Shown: in pieces, positions 25,901 through 34,668 of the stretch
How positions within the stretch are numbered: position 1 is the first letter of the stretch
Layout of the letters: each line of letters begins with the position of its first letter
From: a virus
Taxonomy: Duplodnaviria; Caudoviricetes
DNA: 56,046 nucleotides
Reading direction: 5' to 3' (one strand)
Virus record (IMG/VR): IMGVR_UViG_3300021226_000025
Coordinates: 1 to 56,046 of that record
Translations under genes and position numbers: made by a program
Notes under the pieces: model-generated
Database searches by the model: none
Seen by the model: only the letters and a program-made list of their open reading frames with translations
Told to the model about the DNA's origin: nothing

Positions 25901-28093
25901 TTGGAACTGTCCGGGGGTAGGAGTACCTTGCACAACTGGAGCGGGTGCAGGCAGTTGCGTGCCGACACCACGGCGCAAACCTTCAGCACGTGAAGGCACT
26001 GGCGCTTGTCTGCGGTTGAACAAGGGCATCTGCTGCGGCTGCCGTACAGGCAACGGACGCATAGGAAGTTGTTGCTGTGTGACTGGCTGTTGCTGCTGGG
26101 CCGCAAAGTCCAACTGTCGTTGATTCTGAGCCTGCACCGCCAGACGTTGCATGTCGGCTTCACGCTGTGCTTGTTCCTGAGCCTGACGCTGTGCGTAGGC
26201 TTCTTGGATTTGGCGTTGCTGAATAGCCGCCTGCAACTGGTCAGCCATTGCAGGATTGAACGCAGGTTGCTGGTTCGTAAACCCAACACCACTTGGAGCA
26301 GGAGGTGCGAACTGCAATGCCATTTGCCGTGGGTCAACAGGGACTTGAGGCGAAGGCAATGCCAAGCGGTCAGACGGAGGAGCAGTTACGGCTTGTTGTT
26401 CGTACTGCTGGGTCTGAGGATTCCATACCATGCGGGGAGCAAGTTCGCCCGTTTGCTGGCTACGTTGCTGTAACTCACCAATGGTTGCACCGCCAAGGTC
26501 AAGCACACCTTGTGCACCACCGAACTGACCGGGGGCTACCTGCCCTGTAAAGATACGGTCAGTAGGTACGGAAGGACGGACTGCGCCATCAGCGCCAGCC
26601 ACAAAATCAGGGCGTGCACCCATACCACCGACTTGGGTTGGGCCACCTACGGGAGTACCCGGTGGAGGTGGAATGATTGTCAACGCAGTGGATGGAGCAG
26701 GAGGCTCAGCAGTCTGGCTTGGATTCAGCAGGTTGGTAGGCTCTTTGGTAATCGGGCCACGGCGTAAGTTAGCCGCTGCACCAAGCACACCGCCAGTACC
26801 AAAACCTGCTGCAAATGATTCGTAAAGACGTTTCTGTATTTCAGGCGCAGAAAAGTCCTGCCCTGTGTTGGCAATCAGCAAAGCCTCTTGCCCAAGTTCA
26901 GTCGTACCTTCAGCAGTACCACCAGCAACAAAGCCTTTACCTGCACGCTTGAGTAGTTCTGCACCACGCAGACCTTGTGTGCCTAGGAAGGTTTCGCCTT
27001 GAATATCACGGAGGGCTTTGCCGCCCTGACGAGCCAGACCGCCTGTGCCAAACAAGCGAGAGGCAAGCAGGAACTCAGGCAAAGATTCAAGTGCTGCATA
27101 CGGAACAGCGGAAGCCAATGCGGAAAGACGATTGTCTTGCCCTTGGTCACGTTGCTCACCATAGATGTCAGCCACACCCGTGGCGTAGTTCTGCGCCGTA
27201 GTGAAGATGGTTGCACCAGCAATACCAGCAGCCTCACGCAGTATCTTGGTTTCAGCAGCGTTAAGTACTTCACCTGCGGCTTTCTTTTTGATAGCCGCAA
27301 GAACAGATTGTTTGAAGGTTTCTTTACCAGCCAGACCAGCGAGGGCTGCACCACCACCTGCAAGTGGGCCACCAGCGGCTGTACCTGCAAAGAAGCCTGC
27401 GGCGGCAGTAGCAACAGACTCCAGAATATTTGGGCCTTGTTGGGCTACGGTTGCGACCAGCCAGTCAATAGCAGTGTTAGCGTCCTTGACATCGGAGAAC
27501 TCACGAATGTAAGGCGAGGACTTCTGTAAATCACCACGAATGGTGTCAGTGCCTACCTGAGCATCGACGATGCGCTGACCAGTTTCTTCTGCACCTAAGA
27601 ACTGCAAGCCTCGACCCGCAAGCATTTGCATATTGTCCAGACCAATGCCAAAGTTCTTCTTGGCAAGTTTGCCTAGGCCGGGGTTCTTGATAGTGCTGAG
27701 GTATTGTCCGTAGGAGTTAGGGTCAAGTTGAATCCAGTCGCCGCCCTGTGGCATACCGACACCGGGCATACTCAAGCGGGCTTCGCTTTGCAACGCCAGT
27801 GCATCATCATCAGCAGCAAATTGTGCGCCGTTTACAAACAGAGACTTGGTAGACGGGCTGTATGCCACAACCGGAGGACGTTTAATCTCCGGCATGGTGA
27901 ACTGGCTCTGCTTGACCAACTCCTGCCCAAGAACTGCCGTGTCCACTTGGGAAGGCATCATGTTCTCTGTTCCGCTACGTGGCATCTGCGAGAAACCAGC
28001 ATAGGGATTGAGCACAGTGTTTAAGTCTGCGCCCATGCTACCTAGGTTGACATCTGCAAATGACAGTCCAGCGGGAGTTGCAGGATTCGCCAT
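19958..28093 (-). CDS. Giant (2711 aa) polyvalent internal virion/ejection protein
   Basis: HETLGH metallopeptidase-like motif (24206-24223), YVPLTREG PLxRFG-like motif (~22370), hydrophobic Gly/Ala N-region; last gene of virion arm. Confidence 0.85.
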   Translation of the reverse strand: MANPATPAGLSFADVNLGSMGADLNTVLNPYAGFSQMPRSGTENMMPSQVDTAVLGQELVKQSQFTMPEIKRPPVVAYSPSTKSLFVNGAQFAADDDALALQSEARLSMPGVGMPQGGDWIQLDPNSYGQYLSTIKNPGLGKLAKKNFGIGLDNMQMLAGRGLQFLGAEETGQRIVDAQVGTDTIRGDLQKSSPYIREFSDVKDANTAIDWLVATVAQQGPNILESVATAAAGFFAGTAAGGPLAGGGAALAGLAGKETFKQSVLAAIKKKAAGEVLNAAETKILREAAGIAGATIFTTAQNYATGVADIYGEQRDQGQDNRLSALASAVPYAALESLPEFLLASRLFGTGGLARQGGKALRDIQGETFLGTQGLRGAELLKRAGKGFVAGGTAEGTTELGQEALLIANTGQDFSAPEIQKRLYESFAAGFGTGGVLGAAANLRRGPITKEPTNLLNPSQTAEPPAPSTALTIIPPPPGTPVGGPTQVGGMGARPDFVAGADGAVRPSVPTDRIFTGQVAPGQFGGAQGVLDLGGATIGELQQRSQQTGELAPRMVWNPQTQQYEQQAVTAPPSDRLALPSPQVPVDPRQMALQFAPPAPSGVGFTNQQPAFNPAMADQLQAAIQQRQIQEAYAQRQAQEQAQREADMQRLAVQAQNQRQLDFAAQQQQPVTQQQLPMRPLPVRQPQQMPLFNRRQAPVPSRAEGLRRGVGTQLPAPAPVVQGTPTPGQFQRAGQLSLFTQQGQPTVAALKSAGTRQAVPTPTVQQGAVQIPPTGAPVTAVTATKAKAAVLKKGKANATQKGKQQQGSVSQRQEDNGRVQGGGQTGNQPTTQVKGGGTQTGGGGKSLQRGKKQTQEAVTNAPVTTAAAPVKPTEPTPPKGGKKKLAKGAEKKSEAKAKATPAKAAKLQKGPSGLAAMVGQLLGTTQQPAVVESTTKKGVQEASEETKFANQELDMAIETIETTKSPAAYAEALFEIVSAYALTSNVKAYLRTASERFLADGGIPQRDFIAALREVALNEESIGPKSRLYSLLADHGLLNDANVQALVRQPGAKTKQEAVVNKPVNTPTENLGEIRMADLINNRNGYLDKAQLRRAALIRYVDVDNDNFEVSGRGRIKDFFTSDGEPIIVQVPGTSNFVLATKEEGKMSKEEFVKKHKDARQALRDLEDEETQTTLDDLQYDPLYDNARSDRGDLEFYRVDGRPTEPMKAGPLRLFAARVVSKFARKPTVHVFSNLADMQKANPSLFAAAAKARKAGDIEHVNAAGMAWGNNVVLFADFIESEQQARFIIAHETLGHVGFRGLFNDRALNAILKLVADSDAQLTQAAEVYAAGRGIPFLEAVEEVLADRAAAVDTNTILRFWNWVKDQLNKIGLKFNDDAARYLIGLSRKYVRQGTGRSEVNLSGLFKEIDQSLLNDQSNVEVLRFAAMAPQGALTYAMGNLNRNAAIHGGLSRAVSDIIDAKNRAAEAVKQGKGVMSNVTNVAQSVLDGIQTMDNLARKSKGFSKIFELLQLKGAKQNQYKQKYADGTATAHKAKFLGLGEGADMEKQVRAGELLAYGSLFKMNSISDSQLDKMDNPVFFDPDSGILDVNPDAFRALVDAGRLSVEDFKKGFQVQQGTKEVPMTDEYRQELATERDAVIAKIEKYRDAAFARVDKKIAAETDEDTKAEYALERKRDEKKFSQDIEQTKRLYTKRMKEPMYEVPNMAPTPEWFKDLTEDSVEWKMYNEFVETMAMSHIDVLRSKYIGAVYEQKRAISAGVRGAFKKSTPLTDVERRFIEDATGMFDEMRMKGAEFQGNRLKLLDTSNKDALEWLRMKFARAFYSDLALNDLKGMMPGYTPTQVETLVKSMRSKLQTQIDPEVDPIKNSSIWALEHRIEERSMFAASINDDQLYAKRSIAGAYVPLTREGEWQVRVQAYTTDKDGTRYPVKLADGQQDSLAFYKTGTQKDAEQYQEELNAMLNGEYDMRDEKGNLQKVRLEAVASVTRQTPDLVDVLHYDEVMYSLSRLGIQLSPEVRQVLVQKVSGQNSRARSNLQRAGVPGWDKDIVRSSSAFLEQQAYVAANKEYRHRFDEVLDDTDNWSDNPERLATLKAKWESATGEAKEVAAREYFQEKFFQDNVVEYTKDGRRIERGQYYNERAKSMLAWMDSTGDIIHADDIWSNNQWSVATRTWAAIFQLGGSIATGITQVLSLPTNSWAYLSSFNPKTGFGVGLGAGKAGKLLTQFLMNTANPKYADLAWLDARLKEFEVEEKNGAKYTKDGLTGSELRFLRDMTEQQRLDAASFNAMTGTSKGRKITGNPTVQKFIQTWMFPFSYSEQVNRRVTLLAAYRGEYERQMATHGDPSIADVKAREMSTKALDATQGDYAQYNRPAFFRGGVQAFIYMYKQYPIMMIQLLKNMNYEGRIIMIGSLLLLSGVRGLPGADDLLDILDALCQRLGLKIGSVEKEFARLTADVFGAELAAEINPIMMRGLLDHVTGWSFSNRLGLGDIIPGTGILKPSATKDEILREVENLAGAPTSFIVGALNWGASTLPAVATGRQSPIELLRDSPIRAIKNVGDAWKYADTGAILDNKGYVVAKNVSTWELLGKAMGFYPSRAQMQMDWMSADRQEQAYMSMIKTELTREGVAARLENDTERLAQVKKFVSDWNEDTKGTRLEMRNFDRGLSQAYREASKPLAIRALKSSAKSGRMEAKDMLRLYGVDEETLAGIPD
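25519..25704 (-). CDS. Nested 61-aa basic protein in an alternative frame
   Basis: AAGGA RBS 7 nt before ATG; MPLKKGSS...KQAVAASLSSAG resembles a widespread small phage protein family. Confidence 0.7.
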   Translation of the reverse strand: MPLKKGSSNKVVSANVKKIMDEYKAGGKLGTSPRPKSKAAALKQAVAASLSSAGRSKPKKP

Positions 28094-28103
28094 AGTTACC
28101 TCA

Positions 28104-31100
28104 TTACGGATTTACTAGAAGCCCAGCGACAGGTGGTCTAACCCCTGCCTTCTCTGCTGCGGGGCCGAAGATTGGCATACCAGCAGTAGGCATACCACTT
28201 CCGAGCACAAACAGACTTCCGGGCGCTTTGTTGATTGTTTCACCATTCAGGGTAATAGTACCAGCAGACATATCGACAACGCCAATTCGTGTGCCGTCGT
28301 TGGAGACTATCAGAGCCTTACCGCTACCATCAGGCGACATTGTGACTTTGACACCAGTGGCGTTCTCAAATGCTGTCTGAGCCATCTTAATGTTGCCAGC
28401 GTTAATGTCTTTGGAAATATCAGCAATAAGTTGACGGTTGATTTTGTTGGTGTCGATATAGATTTGTCCGAGAGTTTTTGCACGCTCACCAGTAACGGTC
28501 TCCTCAATCTTGAGGCCGGACTCAAACGATTTCTTGAACATGTACTCTTTGAGCGCAGTCTTGCTTGCCAGATACTTGGCGTCCATATCTTCTTTGGCAT
28601 AACCAATAAGGTCGGAACCAGACACGCCTTGTGCCAAGACTTTGCCGTTCGAGAACAAATCCCACTTACCGTCGCTACGTGGTTGCAGTTGGAGTTTCTG
28701 TCCGGTGAACTGACTCCACACACCAACCATACGAGTTGGGTCACCAAAGCGAGTGAACTCAGCCACACCACGGTCGCCCATCATGCGGTACAGGTCAAGG
28801 TCGGTGGAGTAAATCTTGCCGATGTATTCCAAAGCCTTGGCAGGGTTACCACTGTTAGCAGCGTTCAGTGCCAGTTGACGGGTGTAGTCCCGCATCTGCA
28901 ATGCTTGCGTTGTGAACTGGTCGTATACCCTAGGGTCAATCGTGCCAGCCTCAGGCATTTTGATTTGCTTCTTCTCAACGTCCGCAACAGCAGGTGCGCT
29001 TACAACAGGCGCAGCGGCGGCAGCAGGAGGGGCAGCAACGGCAGGAGGGGCAGCGGCAGCAGGTGCATTTAGAACCGGAGCAGCAGCAACTTGCTGTGTG
29101 CGTGCAGTACGACGACTGTACAAGTCCTGATAGTTCTTAGGCTGTAAATGCAGACCCATTGGGTCTTTTGCAACCGATGGATACAAGTCCATCAAGCGAC
29201 CAGTGAACTCAACACCAGCAGAAGTGGTTGCTTGCTGTAAGAACTCATTCTGTCCAGTGGTCGGATTCTTCTGCGTACCGGGGCCAGTGCCAAAGACAAC
29301 GGGATTACCACCCTGCGATTTGACAAACTCAATTTGCTGGGTAACAAAACTTTGCTCGGCTGGGTTGTTTGGTAGACCCGTACCAAGATACACAGTCACA
29401 CCTTGCAGACTATTCTTGGATGCGTAGTCTTGCAACATAGACAGCACAGCCTTAGGACTTGCACCAGTCTTGTAAGAACCTTCAAGTTTGTTGGCTTTAG
29501 CAAAACCTTCAGCCAAACTATCGCCAATGGCAATAGTCTTGGCAGGTGCAGCAGGAACAGCGGCAGCAGGAGCAGCGGCAGCAGGAACAGCCGCTTGTTG
29601 AGTACCAGACAACGCGGTTAGTGCGGCGTTGTACAGTGCCACGTAACCACGGTTGTAGTCTGCGTTCATGACTGTACCGTCATGCGCATTGAGTGGGCGA
29701 CCAAACTGTTTCACTTGGTCAGCATTACCTTGGTATCCAGCACCCCACAAGTTCTTCGGGTTGCCAATGTACTCGTTGTACTTAAGCACCAACAGACCAG
29801 CATCAATCTTCCCAGCAGTGTTGAACTGCATATTGCGGGCAGCCTCAACCTGCGCAGGAGGAATCTTGTACTTCTGAATGTTTCCTGCGTTGGTGTACCA
29901 GTTCTTCATCAACTGGAATGTGTCAGGCATAACTTGAAGCGGGCCACTTGCACCAGCACCGCTATCTGATTTTGCCGCACCAAAGTTAGACTCAAGACCA
30001 TACACAGCCAGAGCCGCAGCAGGGTCTACTTGGAGTGCATCCGCACGAGAAAGAATCTGTTTAGTTTCTGCTTTCTCCAGAATCTTAGGCAGCATCGGAG
30101 CCAACTGCTCGACACGCTTATCAGTAACCTTAGCCGAGTTGGTGACAAACTTCTCATCAAACTTCTTGGGCGCAAGTTTTCCGCCAACAGCCTCAGGTGC
30201 TGCGGGCAGTTGTTCTGTGCGTGTCTCGGCTTGGCGACGGGCGTCACGTATAGGAGCCTCTGACATAAAGGCAGCGTAGAAACCCATTGGGTCAAGTTTG
30301 GCTTGCGCCAAAGCCTGAGGGTTCTGCATAAAGTATGCAAGCGACTCGTCGCTACGGAACCAGTTCATTGCCGCAGTAGCGATGTCTCGTTTCTCAGCCG
30401 TAGTCTTGTCGTCAAAGAAGTATCCATACAGTTGCCCAGACGGAGCACCTGCCACACCATACTTACCAATGGCAAGACCAGTGGCAATCTGTTCACGTTG
30501 CTGAATAATTGCGCTACGTGCTGCACCTTCTTGGCGAGACCGTTGGAAACCAGCGGAGTTCGGGTCAATCTTAGGAATACCTTCAGCATCAACCAAACCT
30601 GCACGACTAGGAAGATTGGGGTTGAAGTCAGGCACAGTCAAATGTGCTGCCTGACCTTGCCCGTATTTACGTACGGCATCAGGAAGTTGCAACCCAGTGC
30701 GTTTCTGCCAGTCTGCAATGTTTTGGTCGGGGATAGGTGAACGCAACGGAATGTTTGTACCCGGAACAGTGGGGACATCTGTCCGTGCTTCAGGCAATGC
30801 AACTCCAGCAGAGGAACTAGGCGCAGGTGCAGGTGCAGGTGCAGGTGCAGGTGCAGGTGCAGGTGCAGGTGCAGGAGCAGGTGCAGGTGCAAGAGCCGCA
30901 GGAGCCGGAGCCTCTACTGGAACTTGGCGAACATCCGTGCTGTAAAACGGGTTGTAGTTCTGCGCAGGATTAAAGTTAAGCCCAGCAAGCATTTGCTGGG
31001 TTGTCTGGGTATCTTGCTGGCGGTTCAACTCCTCACGGTTAATCGCCTGCATCCGCATTTCTTCAATGCGTGATTGCCATTCAGCACGTTCTGCATCTCT

Positions 31101-31157
31101 CTGGCGACCAGAGATAATGCCCATGCTGCTGGCGGTTTGACTTAGATTGAGCGCCAT
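28104..31157 (-). CDS. Internal virion protein with lytic transglycosylase and SGNH hydrolase domains
   Basis: SLT: LESNFG, GPLQVMPDT, AGYQG; SGNH: IGDSL, VYLGT, DPMGLH. Confidence 0.85.
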   Translation of the reverse strand: MALNLSQTASSMGIISGRQRDAERAEWQSRIEEMRMQAINREELNRQQDTQTTQQMLAGLNFNPAQNYNPFYSTDVRQVPVEAPAPAALAPAPAPAPAPAPAPAPAPAPAPAPSSSAGVALPEARTDVPTVPGTNIPLRSPIPDQNIADWQKRTGLQLPDAVRKYGQGQAAHLTVPDFNPNLPSRAGLVDAEGIPKIDPNSAGFQRSRQEGAARSAIIQQREQIATGLAIGKYGVAGAPSGQLYGYFFDDKTTAEKRDIATAAMNWFRSDESLAYFMQNPQALAQAKLDPMGFYAAFMSEAPIRDARRQAETRTEQLPAAPEAVGGKLAPKKFDEKFVTNSAKVTDKRVEQLAPMLPKILEKAETKQILSRADALQVDPAAALAVYGLESNFGAAKSDSGAGASGPLQVMPDTFQLMKNWYTNAGNIQKYKIPPAQVEAARNMQFNTAGKIDAGLLVLKYNEYIGNPKNLWGAGYQGNADQVKQFGRPLNAHDGTVMNADYNRGYVALYNAALTALSGTQQAAVPAAAAPAAAVPAAPAKTIAIGDSLAEGFAKANKLEGSYKTGASPKAVLSMLQDYASKNSLQGVTVYLGTGLPNNPAEQSFVTQQIEFVKSQGGNPVVFGTGPGTQKNPTTGQNEFLQQATTSAGVEFTGRLMDLYPSVAKDPMGLHLQPKNYQDLYSRRTARTQQVAAAPVLNAPAAAAPPAVAAPPAAAAAPVVSAPAVADVEKKQIKMPEAGTIDPRVYDQFTTQALQMRDYTRQLALNAANSGNPAKALEYIGKIYSTDLDLYRMMGDRGVAEFTRFGDPTRMVGVWSQFTGQKLQLQPRSDGKWDLFSNGKVLAQGVSGSDLIGYAKEDMDAKYLASKTALKEYMFKKSFESGLKIEETVTGERAKTLGQIYIDTNKINRQLIADISKDINAGNIKMAQTAFENATGVKVTMSPDGSGKALIVSNDGTRIGVVDMSAGTITLNGETINKAPGSLFVLGSGMPTAGMPIFGPAAEKAGVRPPVAGLLVNP
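30823..30888. repeat. Hexamer tandem repeat (GCAGGT)x11 encoding an (AP)n linker
   Basis: 8 perfect + 1 variant + 2 perfect units. Confidence 0.95.
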
Positions 31158-31169
31158 GTTTGTGCCCCC

Positions 31170-32861
31170 TTAACCAATCTTGATGGTCGTGCCGGATGCT
31201 TTTGCTCCACCAGTAAAGCCACCAAACAAGTCCCCAATGTCTCCAGCAGCAGCACGACGGCGGCGGTCAGCAGCGTCATACATGTTGCCAAGGTAAGAGG
31301 CATACTGCATGTTAGAAGCCTCTGGCCCGACGTTGGGTAGATTCGATAGACCTGCTTGCTTAAGCCTAATTCTGTTTTGCTCCGCAGTATCCATACCTTG
31401 CAGATACGCAGTCTGAGCACCAGTATCAATGCCTAAGTTGAAGCGACGTTCTTCAGCGCGGCGTAGACCAGCACGACGAGAGTCGATACCACGCAAGGCT
31501 TCAGCCTTAGCGCGAGCACCTGCGTTCTGAACTTGCCGAGAAGCACGTAGACCAAATGTCTCAGGGTCAAAGTAGCGAGACTCACCAGCCAACTCCAACG
31601 CTTGAGAAAGTTTTTGGTCAAACAGTGCTTTGTTGGTAGTACGCAGATTTTCAAGTTCAGTTTTTTGCTGCGCAACCAAGGCTTTTTCTTCTTCGCTCAA
31701 GCCATCACCAGCAATCTGGGAACCAACCAGTTGCCCAGCCGCACGGAGAAGGAGGTCAGCCTGACTTGATGGGTTAGTAAGTTTCTGCTTAAGTGCTTCA
31801 GACAATGTAGCAGGAGCCGCTGCTTGCGCAGGGCCACCAGACGTACCAGCAGTACCACTTGTGCCACTTGTACTTGCACTTGCGGGCGCAGCAGTTACGT
31901 TAGAAGCGTAGGCCGGACTGAACGCTGCACGAGCAGCAGCCGCATTTTCTGCAACAGCCGACACTGCCTGCCCAGATTGCGCATACGCAGGAGAGGTCTG
32001 AGTAGCAAAGTCAACACCAGTAGTGCCCGCATTAACAACAGGTACATTCAGTCCAGCGTTGTAGTAACTGGATGTGCCAAGGTTGGCAGCATTACCACCC
32101 AATGCAGTAGGTGTGTTAACAGACAGTGTCCCAGACGCTTGGATAGCGTTGGCTGCGTTTTGTACGTTTCCTGCACTACTTAGTTGCGCAGCCAACTCAC
32201 TGTTAACCTGACCACCGTAAGCAATAGCAGATGGGTCAACAGCCGTTCCATTAGCCAGCAAGTAACCTTTGGTAACTGGGTCGTAAGTAGCAATAGCAGA
32301 AGTACCATCACCCAAGTTTGCAATACCAAGGGTAGTAGTTGGTGTACCTTGTACTGGGCCAACGTAACCGGGTGAACCGGGAGTAGTCGCAACAGGTGTA
32401 CCACCCGCACTACCTGCAAGTTGGGGTGCGCTAAAGTATCCAGAGATACCTGAACCCAAACCGCCCATCAATGCGCCACGGCCTACATCACCACCAGTCG
32501 CCGCAGCAGCAACCGCGCCAAGACCAGCACCAACAATCGCAGAGCCAACCACAGAGCCAACAGTAGCCGCAGTAGCAGCAGTAAGACCAGCACTTGCCGC
32601 AGCACCAGCAATCGCACCGGATACACCGATGGACGCAGCAATCGCAGGAGCGACGAACGGAACAGCAACCGCAGCAACAACTGCGACTACTGCTTTAAGT
32701 CCACCGCCACCACCTTGCGGGCGAATACCCATTGCTTTAACCAAAGCCTTGCGCTGCATAGGCGGGATGTCCCCACCAAATGCAGCCTCAGGTAAATCAG
32801 GAATACCCATCATTGCCATCTGTTTGGCACTGGGCATACGAACAAAAGTTGTTGCGCTCAT
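31170..32861 (-). CDS. Internal virion/ejection protein with Gly-Ala membrane-active region
   Basis: Long hydrophobic Gly-zipper N-region, helical C-terminus; position among ejection genes. Confidence 0.75.
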   Translation of the reverse strand: MSATTFVRMPSAKQMAMMGIPDLPEAAFGGDIPPMQRKALVKAMGIRPQGGGGGLKAVVAVVAAVAVPFVAPAIAASIGVSGAIAGAAASAGLTAATAATVGSVVGSAIVGAGLGAVAAAATGGDVGRGALMGGLGSGISGYFSAPQLAGSAGGTPVATTPGSPGYVGPVQGTPTTTLGIANLGDGTSAIATYDPVTKGYLLANGTAVDPSAIAYGGQVNSELAAQLSSAGNVQNAANAIQASGTLSVNTPTALGGNAANLGTSSYYNAGLNVPVVNAGTTGVDFATQTSPAYAQSGQAVSAVAENAAAARAAFSPAYASNVTAAPASASTSGTSGTAGTSGGPAQAAAPATLSEALKQKLTNPSSQADLLLRAAGQLVGSQIAGDGLSEEEKALVAQQKTELENLRTTNKALFDQKLSQALELAGESRYFDPETFGLRASRQVQNAGARAKAEALRGIDSRRAGLRRAEERRFNLGIDTGAQTAYLQGMDTAEQNRIRLKQAGLSNLPNVGPEASNMQYASYLGNMYDAADRRRRAAAGDIGDLFGGFTGGAKASGTTIKIG

Positions 32862-33346
32862 TTCATAGCCTCCGTTAATTCAAGTCGCATGTGTGTATAC
32901 ACAGGCTTAAAACCGTATTGAGAAATAACCCGCTCCATTGCTGGGGACACCCATCCCTCAATGACTCGGACACTATTCATATACGCCCAACCACAAAGCA
33001 TCTTCCAATACTTTGCATGTAGAGCGTCTAAATCACTACCACCAAGCGCAACGATGTTCATTGCAGGCAGTTTGGGGTAGTGAATAATTTCTAACACCAG
33101 TGCTAACTTCACACTCTTAGTGATTGTTTTATCACATTTGACAACAAATATATACATCTTTCCTTGTAGGGCAGCGTTGTATATATCGTCAATCGTCATC
33201 TCACCGTGCATCGCACGTTTTACACATCGCTCTAACAGAGGTTTTGTAGCAGGCCAATACGTGTCGAAATGCTCCTTCGTAGAAAGAAGAAGTGGTTCAA
33301 ACTCATCGAGAGGTATCGGGTCAAACCCTGCTGGTAGAGTACTCAT
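32858..33346 (-). CDS. Degenerate GNAT-like protein (T7 gp13-like position)
   Basis: MNIVALGG...IEGW...YGFKP pattern; lies between tail and ejection genes. Confidence 0.55.
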   Translation of the reverse strand: MSTLPAGFDPIPLDEFEPLLLSTKEHFDTYWPATKPLLERCVKRAMHGEMTIDDIYNAALQGKMYIFVVKCDKTITKSVKLALVLEIIHYPKLPAMNIVALGGSDLDALHAKYWKMLCGWAYMNSVRVIEGWVSPAMERVISQYGFKPVYTHMRLELTEAMK

Positions 33347-34317
33347 GCGTCTTGGTATTTCTTGAGAAGTGCGTCGAAGAAGTCTTTACCTTTAGCCTGT
33401 ACCACTTTGGCAGGGATTACATACTCACCTGCGGATACACGAATAGGAATACTATCGCTAGTACCAGTGCCGGGGCCACTAACTTTACCGCCCTTTGCAG
33501 CATGGTCACCCATGTGTACGTAACCACCAGAAGCCATGCTCATCATAGGCTGGTCGCCCATCGGAGCACCACCCATCGGAGCACCACCTGCACCTTGTTG
33601 AGTGCTACCTTGCACCGCACGAATAGCAAGCAGCAGCACAAAGATTAGACCTTGGTCGTATTCAGGGGACAAATCTTCTTCAGTCGCCATACCTTGTTGA
33701 ATAGCAAACTGGCGAATGTAGGTATACATCTCAGGGTTTTGAAGTGCAGTCATAGCAAGTTGACCTGCCATGTTGAGTTCCTCAGGGGTAATCTCTCCGG
33801 CTTGGAAGCCAGCCATGATGGCTTGTTGAATACGTGCGACTTCTTGGGGTTGCTTGCGCATGAACTCTTGGAGTTGCATCTCGATTGCTTGAGGGCTTAG
33901 ACGCTCTTGAGGTTTACCAACACCAGAAGGGCGCATAGGCATACCACCAGCACCGACCATACCGCCTTCGGCGTAAGTAGGTTGGAGACGGAAGTCAAGA
34001 ACAGGTGCACTAGGGTTTGAAGCCACTGTGCCAGTTTGAATTGGAGCCGCAATGTTTTGCTCGTTGACAGTGACGTTAGGTGTACCTGAACCCAATAGAC
34101 CTTGCAACGATGCAGGAAGGTCAAGCGACGTAGTAGGTGCGGGAAGTTCCGCACCCATACCCGGCGCAGTCGGGGTAGGTGTCATTTGCGGCGCAGGAAC
34201 ACCAGTTAAGTTGGTAGCCAAAGCGCCTTGCACCGTAGGCTGTCCGGCCTGTGGGACGGACGACGGAGCCTTGGGAGCCATATTTAGAATCTGAAGAACT
34301 GGGTTATTGCCTGCCAT
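33343..34317 (-). CDS. Virion-associated protein with AxGGxV repeats
   Basis: YAEGGMV, MASGGYV, AKGGKVSGPGTGTSDSIP...GEYVIP. Confidence 0.75.
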   Translation of the reverse strand: MAGNNPVLQILNMAPKAPSSVPQAGQPTVQGALATNLTGVPAPQMTPTPTAPGMGAELPAPTTSLDLPASLQGLLGSGTPNVTVNEQNIAAPIQTGTVASNPSAPVLDFRLQPTYAEGGMVGAGGMPMRPSGVGKPQERLSPQAIEMQLQEFMRKQPQEVARIQQAIMAGFQAGEITPEELNMAGQLAMTALQNPEMYTYIRQFAIQQGMATEEDLSPEYDQGLIFVLLLAIRAVQGSTQQGAGGAPMGGAPMGDQPMMSMASGGYVHMGDHAAKGGKVSGPGTGTSDSIPIRVSAGEYVIPAKVVQAKGKDFFDALLKKYQDA

Positions 34318-34320
34318 GAT

Positions 34321-34668
34321 TTATCCTTTCAATTGGGAAATGAGCGTGTTAACGGTCGCCCGCAAATTCGCAACGTCATTGGCAAGCAACTGAACATCAC
34401 TGATTAACTTGCCGTAATCGTCTAAATCTGGTACTCGTTGCCCGCTAATAGTATACCCGTTACCTGTTGCAGATACACGAGTAAATGTTGCTGTTGGTGC
34501 GGATTTGACACCAATGTTTCCTTTGGTGACCGCTGCGCTTTGTAGGTCTGCTTCGCCACGGATACCGCAAAGCAACTCGACATCTTCTTTCAGTGCATTG
34601 AGCAGTTGGGACTGCCAGTCTGTAACTGTACCTGAAGGTATAGAAGGGATTGCTGTGAACCGTGCCAT
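34321..34668 (-). CDS. Small tail protein (needle/plug-like)
   Basis: Follows nozzle gene; C-terminal heptad coiled coil. Confidence 0.55.
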   Translation of the reverse strand: MARFTAIPSIPSGTVTDWQSQLLNALKEDVELLCGIRGEADLQSAAVTKGNIGVKSAPTATFTRVSATGNGYTISGQRVPDLDDYGKLISDVQLLANDVANLRATVNTLISQLKG

